DNA of 64,000 nucleotides from Nitrospirales bacterium (GCA_965203295.1 CBDBCZ010000019.1:2304001-2368000); one strand, 5' to 3'. Counted from the first letter of the stretch, positions 9,963 through 19,412 are shown. Notes: generated by a model from the sequence alone, not told the origin. Numbers and translations: made by a program.

Positions 9963-10682
9963 TTAAGGTTGTTGGGTTTGACGTTTAAATTTTGGATAAG
10001 CTCTGTCCCAAGCTTTCATGGCTGAATTGGCTCGAAGGATATCTCGAGCTTCCTGATGAGAGTAAGTCTTTTCGCCAAAAGGGAGGGCCAATTGCTCCAT
10101 GACCTCAGAAGCTTCTGCCATAGTCTGAAAAATGATCCGCTTGCTTGCAACATCAACAAGAGCCACCTCGACCCGAGAAAAATTTTCAACCTCGGTCCCA
10201 GTCATACGAGTCATCAGTGTTTCTTCCCCTAATTGGGAAGGAGATTCAATTTCAGAACTGGAAAAAACAGTCACAAGCCAGAAGGGAATATCACGTTCGT
10301 GCACCCGGGACAGGATATCCAAAACGTCTTCTTGCGGATCAAGGCCCTTCGGCGGGAATGTCCCGACAACCGTGAGGCCTAGATCCTCTTCGAGTCGTTG
10401 GACAATGCGATTTTGCATGATGACTAACATGCCCTCGGAGAGCCGTGGAGCCGAACCATGAGGCGAATCATCAGACACAATGGAGATTCCCACTTCAAAT
10501 GGGGCGTCTGGCTCACGAGGAAGAACTCGTCCAGATGTGGACGCTTCTTGGAACGAAGGGCCAAGATAGCCGGGTAACCGTGGCGATGTCGATCCACTTT
10601 CGCAGGCATGCATCAAAAAAACCGAAAGCATGACCCCAAGAATGGGAAACATCGATGTGCGATTGTTTATCCTATGTGCCAT
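9963..10682 (-). CDS. Hypothetical lipoprotein
   Basis: Hydrophobic N-terminus ending MHAC; paralogous to the broken upstream gene (ENFSRVEVALVD vs ENYALAELALLD). Confidence 0.75.
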   Translation of the reverse strand: MAHRINNRTSMFPILGVMLSVFLMHACESGSTSPRLPGYLGPSFQEASTSGRVLPREPDAPFEVGISIVSDDSPHGSAPRLSEGMLVIMQNRIVQRLEEDLGLTVVGTFPPKGLDPQEDVLDILSRVHERDIPFWLVTVFSSSEIESPSQLGEETLMTRMTGTEVENFSRVEVALVDVASKRIIFQTMAEASEVMEQLALPFGEKTYSHQEARDILRANSAMKAWDRAYPKFKRQTQQP

Positions 10683-10683
10683 G

Positions 10684-11429
10684 TCACGCGGGAAAAACTT
10701 GCTTCCAGTTTTCTTTAAAATGCATCACCGCTTGCTTAATGGCATCATCAGCCGCCACCCCTCGCAAGGTGTCATAGGCATGGGATTCCTCAGAATAGAT
10801 AGGCGCCACTAACTGATCGCGTCTCGCAACAGGGTACACGTTTGATTCTAGTGGCACATTTAAGCGCTCCAATGACGCCCAGGCTTCCCCATCCGCCTGA
10901 ACCAACACCCTCCCTCTTGAAACATCCAACAGTGCGAGTTCTGCTAAAGCATAGTTTTCGGCACGGTAACCCGGGATCGATGCACGGGGACCTCCTCCCT
11001 GCAAGGAACCCTGGAGGGCAAGCGGTCAAAGGCTTCCACTTCATAGCTTGATAAAACAGCTAAGATCAGATGATCGACCTCATAGGTCTTTGCAAGTTCA
11101 CCCAATGCCATCGATCCCTTTTCGTCAAATGGAACAACTTGAACCACTTCAATGGGGAATCCCTTCTCCATTTGGCTTTTAATGTTTTGCGTTAAGGCAA
11201 GAACCACATCGCGAGATAGCGGAGGGCTGATTTTTTCTCCGTTAAATCATTCACCACGAAAAGCCCAACGCGAAAAGCACTCGGAGCCTCCCTTTTTAAG
11301 GAAGAAGACGGTTGGGCGATATTCCCAGATTGCAAGTAAGCGCCCATCTTAGGATTTGGACCTGTTTCGCATACGCTCAGAAGCAACGGAACGAAAAGCA
11401 GAGCAATACCAATTAGGTAATCGTTTCAT
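10684..11429 (-). pseudogene. Hypothetical lipoprotein, triple frameshift
   Basis: AGGAGG RBS and ATG at 11429; +1 at ~11420, -1 at ~11225, -1 at ~11017; repair gives ~248 aa with LSVC lipobox-like motif. Confidence 0.8.
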
Positions 11430-11539
11430 GGCCAAACCTCCTGCTAGTGATGTTTCTTCAACTTTTCCTCACCCACATTATCGCGGCTTTGGCCAAAACA
11501 TTTCAAGGCAAAGCATTCATCACGTTTGGTGGAGCCCAA

Positions 11540-11620
11540 CGGCTTTAGCCCAGAAGGCCGGGCAGCCGAGGCCTCCCGCCGCGTTCGGGCTAGAGCTTCA
11601 GCGGCGAGCGCGTAGACAGG
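11540..11620. repeat. GC-rich intergenic repeat
   Basis: 11595-11620 matches 13685-13710 at 22/26 in direct orientation. Confidence 0.55.
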
Positions 11621-11675
11621 TGAACACCGTATCATCTGGTTGCATCAAACCAAAGCATCGGGTAGGCTACAGAGC

Positions 11676-13589
11676 ATGAACTCTTGGTGTTTCAAGGGGT
11701 TGGGTAAGCGATTTTTCCAGGGCACGGCTGTCCTCTGCCTTCTTGCGGGCCTCCTCTCTTGCAAGAATTTTTCCATGCCACGCCTGACTTTTGAGGAAGA
11801 ACCTCAAGTGAAATTGCCCATTTCCGTGGTTTACAAATTCGACCCAAATGTCACTCAAGCTGTCTTGGAAACGGATGCCTGTGGACTACCCTATACGGTC
11901 AACTCTGGGGAACACATCACCCAAGCATTTCTAGAAGTGGGAAAAGAGAGCTTCAACTCGGTCATGGTGAGTCCGCCTGGCCAACAAGCCATTCATGTAT
12001 CAAGCCCCCACGATCTGGTTATTCAGATCCACATGGTTCATCAATCCCTCACCCCTGATGAAAAAATTGGCGACCACGATCAGTACTATATGAATGTCCT
12101 TCTCCAACTTCAGGCCGTCTATTCGACCTCTCAGGGCGCCGACCTCGCAAAATCCCCGCTGACATATCAAGAAAGGCGGAGGGTGTTCACGCCTCAACTG
12201 AGCGGCCAAGAATCTTCCTGTACGACGAGTGTCTTTGATACACTCGTGTATGATGGCGCTGAGCAGTTAGCCAAGGATATGCTGACCACTCTTCCACGGG
12301 TGCTCAAACCACAATCTGTTCCAGGAACCACTGCGCAAACACAACCCCCTCACGCCTCCCCACCCCCGCCCATTAACCTGGGGGCTTCACGGCCTAGTTC
12401 ACCTCCTTCTCTTTCATTCCGCACGATGCTGCAAGATGGGAATGACAATCTGATTTTGGAGGGCGGGGAAAAGGTGGTTCTTCAAGTTCAAACCACAAAC
12501 ACGGGCAATAGCCCTATTCAGTCGGCGGTCGTGAACCTCTCCGGAAATCCAGAAATCATTGGGGCCTTTTCGAGAGCGGCCCCTTTGCCTATTCCACTCG
12601 AGACGCTTCAACCTGGGGAGACCAAAACCACTGAAGTGAGAGGACGATTACCAAACGGTATTCAAGAGGGTCGAGGAGAATTAATTGTGGCCGTGATTCT
12701 ATCCAATGGTGCATCTGCTGGCACTCATAAAATCCTTGCAGCTCTCCAGCCTGGCACACGATCGTCCCAATCCCGTGACACCACGCTTTCTCTCGCTTCC
12801 TCATCAGCTCATAAAAAAGCTGGTGCAAAAGAAAGACAGAGGAAAGTCAAACAAAGGAAAGAAAAGCAACAGGATGAGAGTCCTTACTATGCCCTCGTCG
12901 TGAATGTAAATCGATACCGAGACCCTTGGCCGCAAGCCTCATCGAAATCAAGAGGAAACGCTCAGGCCATCACGGATGTCCTGAAAGGAACGGGCATGTT
13001 TCTCAGCGACCATATTCGAATCCTGAACAATTCCCATGCCACCAAAACCGACATCGAAGAGGCGTTATTTAGTTGGGCACGACCGCGGATAGAGAAAGAC
13101 GGCATATTCTTTCTGTACTTCTCTGGCCAGGCCGTCACGGATATAAAGACGGGTGAGGTATATTTGGTTCCCTACGAAGGGTCTCCCAAAACCTCTGCCA
13201 ACAGGCTCATTTCTCTGAGAATCCTTCAACATTCGTTGGGGAAACTTCAGGGGAAGGTGATTCTCTTATTTTTAGATTCCCCGGTCACACCTCTCATACA
13301 AAGGACTGGACAAATCAGGTATAACGGAAAAAAGCCGCTCCGATGGGGAAGCGGGTTGCCAACAACCGGCCGAAGTCAAGGTGGCCCCGTCATTCAAATT
13401 CGAAGAACCTCCATGTCTTCGGGAAGAGACCCAGTAGAATTGGTATCAGGGTTATTGGGAGGCGCTGATCGTAACCAGGACAATATCGTGACCTTGGGTG
13501 AACTTCTCTACCATGTAAGGAACGTGGCCCAAATCCGACCAATCCAGCCCAGGAATTTCAGGGAAGCGGGTATTCCTCTGTCTCAGTAG
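11676..13589 (+). CDS. Lipoprotein with Ig/CARDB-like domain and C-terminal caspase-like (peptidase C14) domain, catalytic dyad substituted
   Basis: LLSC lipobox; DGNDNLILEGGEKV..VQTTNTG; YALVVNVNRY, ATKTDIEEAL, YFSGQA, YLVPYEG, LFLDSP, ADRNQDNIVTLGEL. Confidence 0.8.
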   Translation: MNSWCFKGLGKRFFQGTAVLCLLAGLLSCKNFSMPRLTFEEEPQVKLPISVVYKFDPNVTQAVLETDACGLPYTVNSGEHITQAFLEVGKESFNSVMVSPPGQQAIHVSSPHDLVIQIHMVHQSLTPDEKIGDHDQYYMNVLLQLQAVYSTSQGADLAKSPLTYQERRRVFTPQLSGQESSCTTSVFDTLVYDGAEQLAKDMLTTLPRVLKPQSVPGTTAQTQPPHASPPPPINLGASRPSSPPSLSFRTMLQDGNDNLILEGGEKVVLQVQTTNTGNSPIQSAVVNLSGNPEIIGAFSRAAPLPIPLETLQPGETKTTEVRGRLPNGIQEGRGELIVAVILSNGASAGTHKILAALQPGTRSSQSRDTTLSLASSSAHKKAGAKERQRKVKQRKEKQQDESPYYALVVNVNRYRDPWPQASSKSRGNAQAITDVLKGTGMFLSDHIRILNNSHATKTDIEEALFSWARPRIEKDGIFFLYFSGQAVTDIKTGEVYLVPYEGSPKTSANRLISLRILQHSLGKLQGKVILLFLDSPVTPLIQRTGQIRYNGKKPLRWGSGLPTTGRSQGGPVIQIRRTSMSSGRDPVELVSGLLGGADRNQDNIVTLGELLYHVRNVAQIRPIQPRNFREAGIPLSQ

Positions 13590-13669
13590 ACCCCCCTGTT
13601 TCCTTCTTCTTTCTTCTTCAAGCAGAACACAAAAGCTGAAGAATCAATAATCATGGAAGAGATCCAGCC

Positions 13670-13938
13670 CCACGGCTTCAGCTGGCTTCAGCGGTGAGAG
13701 CGAAGGCAGGGAATGTCGCTGACTTGCCAGCTGTAGCCTAAACGTAGGCTAGCAGACTTTTTCAATAAGTCGATAAAGAAAGATGGATCCCCGCCAAACG
13801 TTTAAAAATAAAATGGTTTTTGGTCATTTTGCCGAAACAAAAGGACTTCGACTGCCGGGGCGAAACCCGGCCGTGAGGAAGTGTGAACGGGAAACTCGGA
13901 TCTTTAAACTTTAAACGCCAAACCTTAAACTTGAAACT
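13670..13938. repeat. Mosaic of several intergenic repeat fragments
   Basis: 26-bp repeat, GTAG hairpin plus GACTTTTTCAA end, REP half-site, double hairpin 13823-13871, heptamer array 13903-13938. Confidence 0.6.
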
Positions 13939-13952
13939 CCTCGATCAAACAC

Positions 13953-13993
13953 AAAAAAATCCCCGCTGAGGGAATTCACTCTCAGCGGGGATT
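13953..13993 (-). terminator. Intrinsic terminator of the porin gene
   Basis: AATCCCCGCTGAG-loop-CTCAGCGGGGATT stem followed by U7 on the minus strand. Confidence 0.85.
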
Positions 13994-14029
13994 AGGAATA
14001 ACAGGGAGGAAGAATCCTCCTAAAGATAG

Positions 14030-15562
14030 TTAGAAGTTAATCCAAAGTGAGGTATATCCCCAATCTTCACCAGGGGCATCGCCTGTCGCAGTAGTCTCCA
14101 CATAATCTCCTGGGAAAAAGTGGCCATACCCAGTCTGCCATCCCACTTTATTCTCATGGAAGAAAAGCGTATACACGACATCAATTTCCGATCCAAGATC
14201 ATCTTCGGTATTCCCAGCGGCAGAAGTCATAAAGACACCCTGTCCGGCAGAATACCAATTGTCTGTTTCGGTCTGCAGTTTGAAGATATGTCCAAGGACC
14301 TCGAAATGGCTGTTCTTGGTTGGACGGAGTTGAAGACTGCCGGCGTAGTGCACCATGTTTTTCCACGACATCCTGTCCATATATCCAAAATGGATATGGT
14401 TGGTCGGGAAAAGCTGGCTAAAGGTGTTGTGATTACCATTACACGAGACATTAGTGGCATCTCCGGCACAAACATTGGCATCCCCATCACCCGATGCCAT
14501 ATTAAATTCACCACCGATACGCGGCTGCATCGGAACGGGTAATGTCACACCAGCATCAAAGTGCAATGCGTACGCGTCAATGTCCAAATTCCTGTCTACT
14601 GAGCCAGCTGACGAACCAATGTCCCCAAATTGGTAGTAGCCTTCACCGGTGAAATCAACCATTTTCATTTTTCCGGCAACACGGGCACCAACGGTATGAC
14701 GGGTTTGGTTTGATGGACGGGCAGTAATAACCGAACCACCGGTTCCGCCGGATTCCCATATCCAGACTGGTTCGACCTTGATCCCCATGATGTTCCCAGG
14801 AGCCCGGAGGAACACAATATTGGCTTCACTGGTAGCCGCTGTTGCATTTGGTCCGCAACCGCCACCACTTGTGGCACCGCAATCCCCTTGTGCAGCACTG
14901 ATCCATGAAAATTCTAGAGGCCAGTTTTTAATGCCACTGTACCGTAATGACACAGCATCATGCGCCCAACCAACGTTGTTCCAATCAAAGTGTCCAAACA
15001 AGCGGTGATTTCCCCAGACAATCAATTGTCTTCCTGCTTTCATTGTCAGGTTGGGGACGATCAAATTCCGAATGAGGACGAACCCTTGGCGAACAAACAA
15101 TGATTCGCCCGCGGTTGCATTAGCATCAGTACCTGAACCAACCGCTCCCGCTTTACCCCAGATTTTGGCATATTGGGGTTGGATAAAGAATGACACATCC
15201 GGTGAAATGTCATAGTTGAACCCCAGCCTGATCCACTGTTGAACGAATGAATCATTGTTTTTAATACCCGTTGCAGTATTGGTCGCGTTCCTACCAAATC
15301 TCCCATTGGTCCGGAACTCTGGCCGAACACGTAAGTCACCTGAGATGGTGAGTTTGCTGAGGTCAAAGGCTTTGCTTTTTGGTGGATCAAACTTGTGATA
15401 CGGAATCAAGTCTGGAATATTTCGTGGCACTGCCGACACATTGGTGTTCTTATCCGTAGCCGGCGTTGTTTTCGCTGCAAACACTGAAACGGCTGGCATC
15501 GCTACCAAAAGGGCAGCAGCCGTTAGGCATTTCATTCCGATCGTGAATCCTTTCATGTGCAT
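14030..15562 (-). CDS. Alginate-export (AlgE-like) family outer-membrane beta-barrel porin
   Basis: Signal peptide, GDLRVRPE, KAGRQLIVWGNHRLFGHFDWNN, FSQLFPTNH, GSEIDV, C-terminal Phe. Confidence 0.85.
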   Translation of the reverse strand: MHMKGFTIGMKCLTAAALLVAMPAVSVFAAKTTPATDKNTNVSAVPRNIPDLIPYHKFDPPKSKAFDLSKLTISGDLRVRPEFRTNGRFGRNATNTATGIKNNDSFVQQWIRLGFNYDISPDVSFFIQPQYAKIWGKAGAVGSGTDANATAGESLFVRQGFVLIRNLIVPNLTMKAGRQLIVWGNHRLFGHFDWNNVGWAHDAVSLRYSGIKNWPLEFSWISAAQGDCGATSGGGCGPNATAATSEANIVFLRAPGNIMGIKVEPVWIWESGGTGGSVITARPSNQTRHTVGARVAGKMKMVDFTGEGYYQFGDIGSSAGSVDRNLDIDAYALHFDAGVTLPVPMQPRIGGEFNMASGDGDANVCAGDATNVSCNGNHNTFSQLFPTNHIHFGYMDRMSWKNMVHYAGSLQLRPTKNSHFEVLGHIFKLQTETDNWYSAGQGVFMTSAAGNTEDDLGSEIDVVYTLFFHENKVGWQTGYGHFFPGDYVETTATGDAPGEDWGYTSLWINF

Positions 15563-15703
15563 TCCTCCTGTTGATGAGTTCCCAAATAGCGGTCAACTGA
15601 GGATGGATTCGCATGTTCCTCATACCGCTGCCCCATAATCTTTCTTCCTTTCACTTTTCTTCCTCTTCTGCTTTTTCGCTTCTCGTCCACATAAATATTT
15701 ATT

Positions 15704-15719
15704 AGCAAAAGTCATGCCA
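15704..15719 (-). promoter_or_regulatory. Sigma54 (-24/-12) promoter of the porin
   Basis: TGGCATGACTTTTGCT on minus strand fits TGGCA(C/T)-N5-TTGC(A/T). Confidence 0.8.
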
Positions 15720-15736
15720 TAACCACTTGGAAATCA

Positions 15737-15749
15737 TAAATACTTGATT
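15737..15749 (-). promoter_or_regulatory. IHF binding site
   Basis: AATCAAGTATTTA fits WATCAA-N4-TTR, just upstream of the -24 element. Confidence 0.65.
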
Positions 15750-15928
15750 CTTAAAAAATTATCAATGAAAAATTTTCATCAACCCAAATAAACTGTTGCA
15801 AAAATGATTCACTGTTATACATCAGATCGATGCGTTTTTACGACGGTTTGAGGCCTACATCCTTAATCTTCTTTCATCAAGGTTTTTTCTTCAATCTGAC
15901 AGGTATCATTCTTCTTCAAATCTTTGCG

Positions 15929-16219
15929 CTACCTTGACTTGATCTCGTCTTTGACGCCCGTGGCCGCATCCCCTGCACCTTTTATGGATTCTTCGGCTTC
16001 TTTCATAGAAGACTCTAAATCCTGCTCTACCATTTTTACTTCTTGTTGAATCATATTGATCTCCGGCTCAACGGACTGACGAAGATCATCTGCCGTTTCT
16101 TTAAAGCCTTTCACGGCTTTGCCTACTTGCCGTCCTATTTCTGGAAGTTCCTTGGGACCAAACAAGAGGAAGGCAATAATCAAAATGATCAGTATCTCCA
16201 TTCCCCCAAGGCCAAACAT
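15929..16219 (-). CDS. Twin-arginine translocase TatA/TatB subunit
   Basis: MFGLGGMEILII..LLFGPKELPEIGRQVGKAVKGFK. Confidence 0.9.
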   Translation of the reverse strand: MFGLGGMEILIILIIAFLLFGPKELPEIGRQVGKAVKGFKETADDLRQSVEPEINMIQQEVKMVEQDLESSMKEAEESIKGAGDAATGVKDEIKSR

Positions 16220-16352
16220 GATTTATTTTCCTCAAGCAGGAATAGTGAAGTGAGACCACCAAACGGCTTTTCTCACGCAACACGTTTCATCTCAATTGGT
16301 TGCCTGAACAATTGAACTCGTTAGAATCTTTAGTATCTATTGGATTTCGACA

Positions 16353-16679
16353 CTAGCCCTGCGCTGGTGGTGGAGGCGGCTGTTGCCCTTGTGGTTCTTG
16401 TGCTCCTCCTTGAACAGGAGACCCCACATGAACTTGCCCTTCAGGCGCCTGTGCCGTCTGTTGCTCTTGTAGTTGGTCCGGCATCGGTTGTTGGGCGTAT
16501 ACAGGCTCACTTGGTGGCGGAGTGACATCCATGGCCTCCGGTTCGTTCACCGACTTTTTAAAACCCTTAATGGCTTTTCCGAGTCCTTCACCAAGCTGGG
16601 GAATCTTCCCCGCCCCAAAAATAATCAGGACGATGAACAGAATCAGTAACAGCTCCATCCACCCAAATGATCCAATCAT
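16353..16679 (-). CDS. tatA: Twin-arginine translocase TatA subunit with Pro/Gln-rich tail
   Basis: [34 protein letters not shown]. Confidence 0.9.
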   Translation of the reverse strand: MIGSFGWMELLLILFIVLIIFGAGKIPQLGEGLGKAIKGFKKSVNEPEAMDVTPPPSEPVYAQQPMPDQLQEQQTAQAPEGQVHVGSPVQGGAQEPQGQQPPPPPAQG

Positions 16680-16825
16680 GCCAAACCCCTTTGTCTCAAA
16701 CTAACCTCACATTATTCCAAACAGAATGCAGTATACTTAGAGAATTTCTAGAAATCCACTCCCAATTCATAAAAATTAGAAAAGGCCCTACATCGCCTCA
16801 TCTTCCTGAAACTTGATACTTCTGC

Positions 16826-18316
16826 TTATACCGTGTGGCCAAAGTAAAAATGATAATAATCAATAGATTGTGGTGGGGCCATAAAGGCCGCCTGAATTCC
16901 TTCTCGGGAGTAGCCCAACTGTTCAAGGTTTTCCATAACGCCAAATACGTCATCCTCCGTCAGATAGGCTATCGTATCGGGCACACCATTTTGCTTCATG
17001 GATGAAACAAGTTTCTGTAATTCCTCAGTGCTGTCAGCCGGGGTAGCAGGATCCAAAGGGAATTCAATGTGTCGCTGATAGGGACTTTCAACACGTTCAT
17101 TGACTGCTTGAAGAGTTTTCAAAATCAGACGATCTATTTCCCATTGCCCCCCTGTTGGGAGTCCAGGATGAGAGGCCAACAAATCCATCAGGCTCATCAC
17201 GTTCGTTTTTAAATTTCTCCCTACAAATTCTTTTTGTGGTTCTATGCTCGGCTGACTAGCTCCCACTTGATTGGCTACTTTCTCCAGAAACGGGAAATTC
17301 ACCATAAAACTAAATTGTCCGCCATGGAGACCATAACAGGGTTTTTCAGCGTCATTGAGCACAAACCAATCCGTCGTTCCTGCATCGAAACTGCTGAACC
17401 CGATTCCATCTGGAGCAAGAAGGCGTTGGGCTTCTTTCAATGAATGGGCAGCTCCCAGATTCACCGGCACTAAGATTTCTTCATCAACTTGTTTGAGAAA
17501 GTCTGTGACAAGCCGACGAAAAGGAAGATCCTTTCCCTCAACTTTGTGATACTCCCGTTCCCACAAAATATCGTCCAAGAAATGAGGGAACCCTTGTAAC
17601 GCTTGGCTGTCTGCTTGAAGAAACGCATTGACAAACCCCGACCAATCTGGGAATTCTGAGAGGCGGCTTTCTTTTAAGTTAGGCCGGAGGTGTTCTTCCT
17701 GTAGCTCGGTTCCTTTCCGCAAAATCAGTTTTGTTGACAATTCGTTCCAGAGCTCATTGCAGAAAATTCGGTCCACGCTCCCATCAGGAAACGCTTTTAA
17801 CTCCTCGACCTGTGCCTTGGAAAAGCTCATACGATCCTGGTGTTTCGCAAGATCAAGATTAGCCTTGGCTCCTTGAAGCACAGAGTCCTCAACATCAATC
17901 AGCACATAATGAATTCGAGGGTAAATGGTCCCCTCTTGGTCAAGCTCCTTGACGTGATCCAAAAAACAGGCTGCTAAATTTCCATTACCGCACCCCCATT
18001 CCATTATAGTTAGAGGACTTGAGATATCAACATGCCCTGAATGGCCTTTGTCTGGAGCATGACCTGTTTTGGCAATGGTCTTCGCCTTTTTCTGTTCCCG
18101 TGCTTTGACCCAATCCACATAATCAGCCGCCAAGGCATAGGCTAGGCGATAATCAGCCGCGGCAAACGTTTGGTAATACTTCCTGACTTGGTGCCCTCGA
18201 AGCCCATAGAACACGCGGTTCATATGCCCCTGCCAGACATCAACCGGAGAAAACTCGCCAATGATTTGAGGAAGCACCTCATCCTGGGATCTGGTTTCAA
18301 CGGACATTTTTTCCAC
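16826..18316 (-). CDS. SAM-dependent methyltransferase, MidA/NDUFAF7-like
   Basis: IMEWGCGNGNLA motif I, YVLIDV, IFCNELWNEL. Confidence 0.7.
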   Translation of the reverse strand: MEKMSVETRSQDEVLPQIIGEFSPVDVWQGHMNRVFYGLRGHQVRKYYQTFAAADYRLAYALAADYVDWVKAREQKKAKTIAKTGHAPDKGHSGHVDISSPLTIMEWGCGNGNLAACFLDHVKELDQEGTIYPRIHYVLIDVEDSVLQGAKANLDLAKHQDRMSFSKAQVEELKAFPDGSVDRIFCNELWNELSTKLILRKGTELQEEHLRPNLKESRLSEFPDWSGFVNAFLQADSQALQGFPHFLDDILWEREYHKVEGKDLPFRRLVTDFLKQVDEEILVPVNLGAAHSLKEAQRLLAPDGIGFSSFDAGTTDWFVLNDAEKPCYGLHGGQFSFMVNFPFLEKVANQVGASQPSIEPQKEFVGRNLKTNVMSLMDLLASHPGLPTGGQWEIDRLILKTLQAVNERVESPYQRHIEFPLDPATPADSTEELQKLVSSMKQNGVPDTIAYLTEDDVFGVMENLEQLGYSREGIQAAFMAPPQSIDYYHFYFGHTV

Positions 18317-18487
18317 CTACGTTAATAAAAGCTGCTCCCCATATTGTTATGATCGCAGGCTTAGATAGACCAAGCGCGATTACCTTATGAGAGCGAAATA
18401 CTAACAGACCAATTTTCTATCCCGCAAGGGAACGAGCGATAGATTGACAGGATGCTCATACAAGAGTTAGAGAAAACCAATGAGAAT

Positions 18488-18611
18488 GGGGATGTTGAAA
18501 AAGGACGTCAGCGGCGTTCTCGTGGCTCGGAGTCCTCAACGTACTTAACTTGTACGCCTCGTCCTCCTCGCTGCCTGCGGCCTTGCTGAGCAACCCTTTT
18601 TGAACATCCCC
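18488..18611 (-). mobile_element. Second, un-nested copy of the MITE-like palindromic element
   Basis: 17-bp terminal inverted repeats (16/17); shares five blocks with 5663-5856. Confidence 0.75.
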
Positions 18612-18752
18612 TGTTGCTCTTGGAGGTTGATCAGATAAATCACATGTGACCGCCACTATGAGAATTTTTCAATTATTCAACACTCCCAGAATTGAAGATT
18701 ATAGAATGCGGTTTCTCACCAATGTCATACCAAATCTTCGGTTGCTTGTCTC

Positions 18753-19412
18753 GTGAAAGACCATCAACTCGCTTCCTTTTCCATGAGGATTTTCTTGTTA
18801 GTAGGCCTGCTCCTGTTTTGGGCACCCTCTAGTGGATTCGCGGATGACTCTCAGCCATCCCAAGGAGGCTTGAGCCCCGAGGAAAATCTTCATGGGTATT
18901 CCGATTTTGAATCTCTTCCGATCATTCCCCAAGACTCGTCTCCGGATTCCCACCTCCATCAACCATTTCCGGATACCTCGTATTCCACTGACGAATCCCC
19001 CAAAGGCCTCTTTCTGAATATTACAATGGCCAAAGGATTCGAAGAAGACATGGAGTTCCGGCGGAATAATGTCTATTATCCGGTGGATCCTACAGAAGTC
19101 TTTACCACCGATGCGTTGGCTGTATTTTTGGTGTTTCGGGTTTTTAAACATTATGCTCCTTATCAGATCATCGGCCGTCTGTATGCGGAAGATATCAAGG
19201 AGATCGAAGATCCAGAATGGTTTGACGAAGATGGGGTCTATTTGGCAACCGAAGATGAAAGCGGATACCTCAAATTCTTCCCCCCTCCTACAGGGTGGCA
19301 ATCTGGAAAGTATCGCGTCGAAGTGTACCTGGGATATGAAGTCAGTTCTGTAAATCGGATGGGAACGATGCGCTTTTCGATGAATGACCCTGTTTCCAAG
19401 AATGATAATTAG
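18753..19412 (+). CDS. Hypothetical secreted protein with beta-rich C-terminal domain
   Basis: Signal peptide ending GFA, acidic linker, GWQSGKYRVEVYLG. Confidence 0.7.
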   Translation: MKDHQLASFSMRIFLLVGLLLFWAPSSGFADDSQPSQGGLSPEENLHGYSDFESLPIIPQDSSPDSHLHQPFPDTSYSTDESPKGLFLNITMAKGFEEDMEFRRNNVYYPVDPTEVFTTDALAVFLVFRVFKHYAPYQIIGRLYAEDIKEIEDPEWFDEDGVYLATEDESGYLKFFPPPTGWQSGKYRVEVYLGYEVSSVNRMGTMRFSMNDPVSKNDN

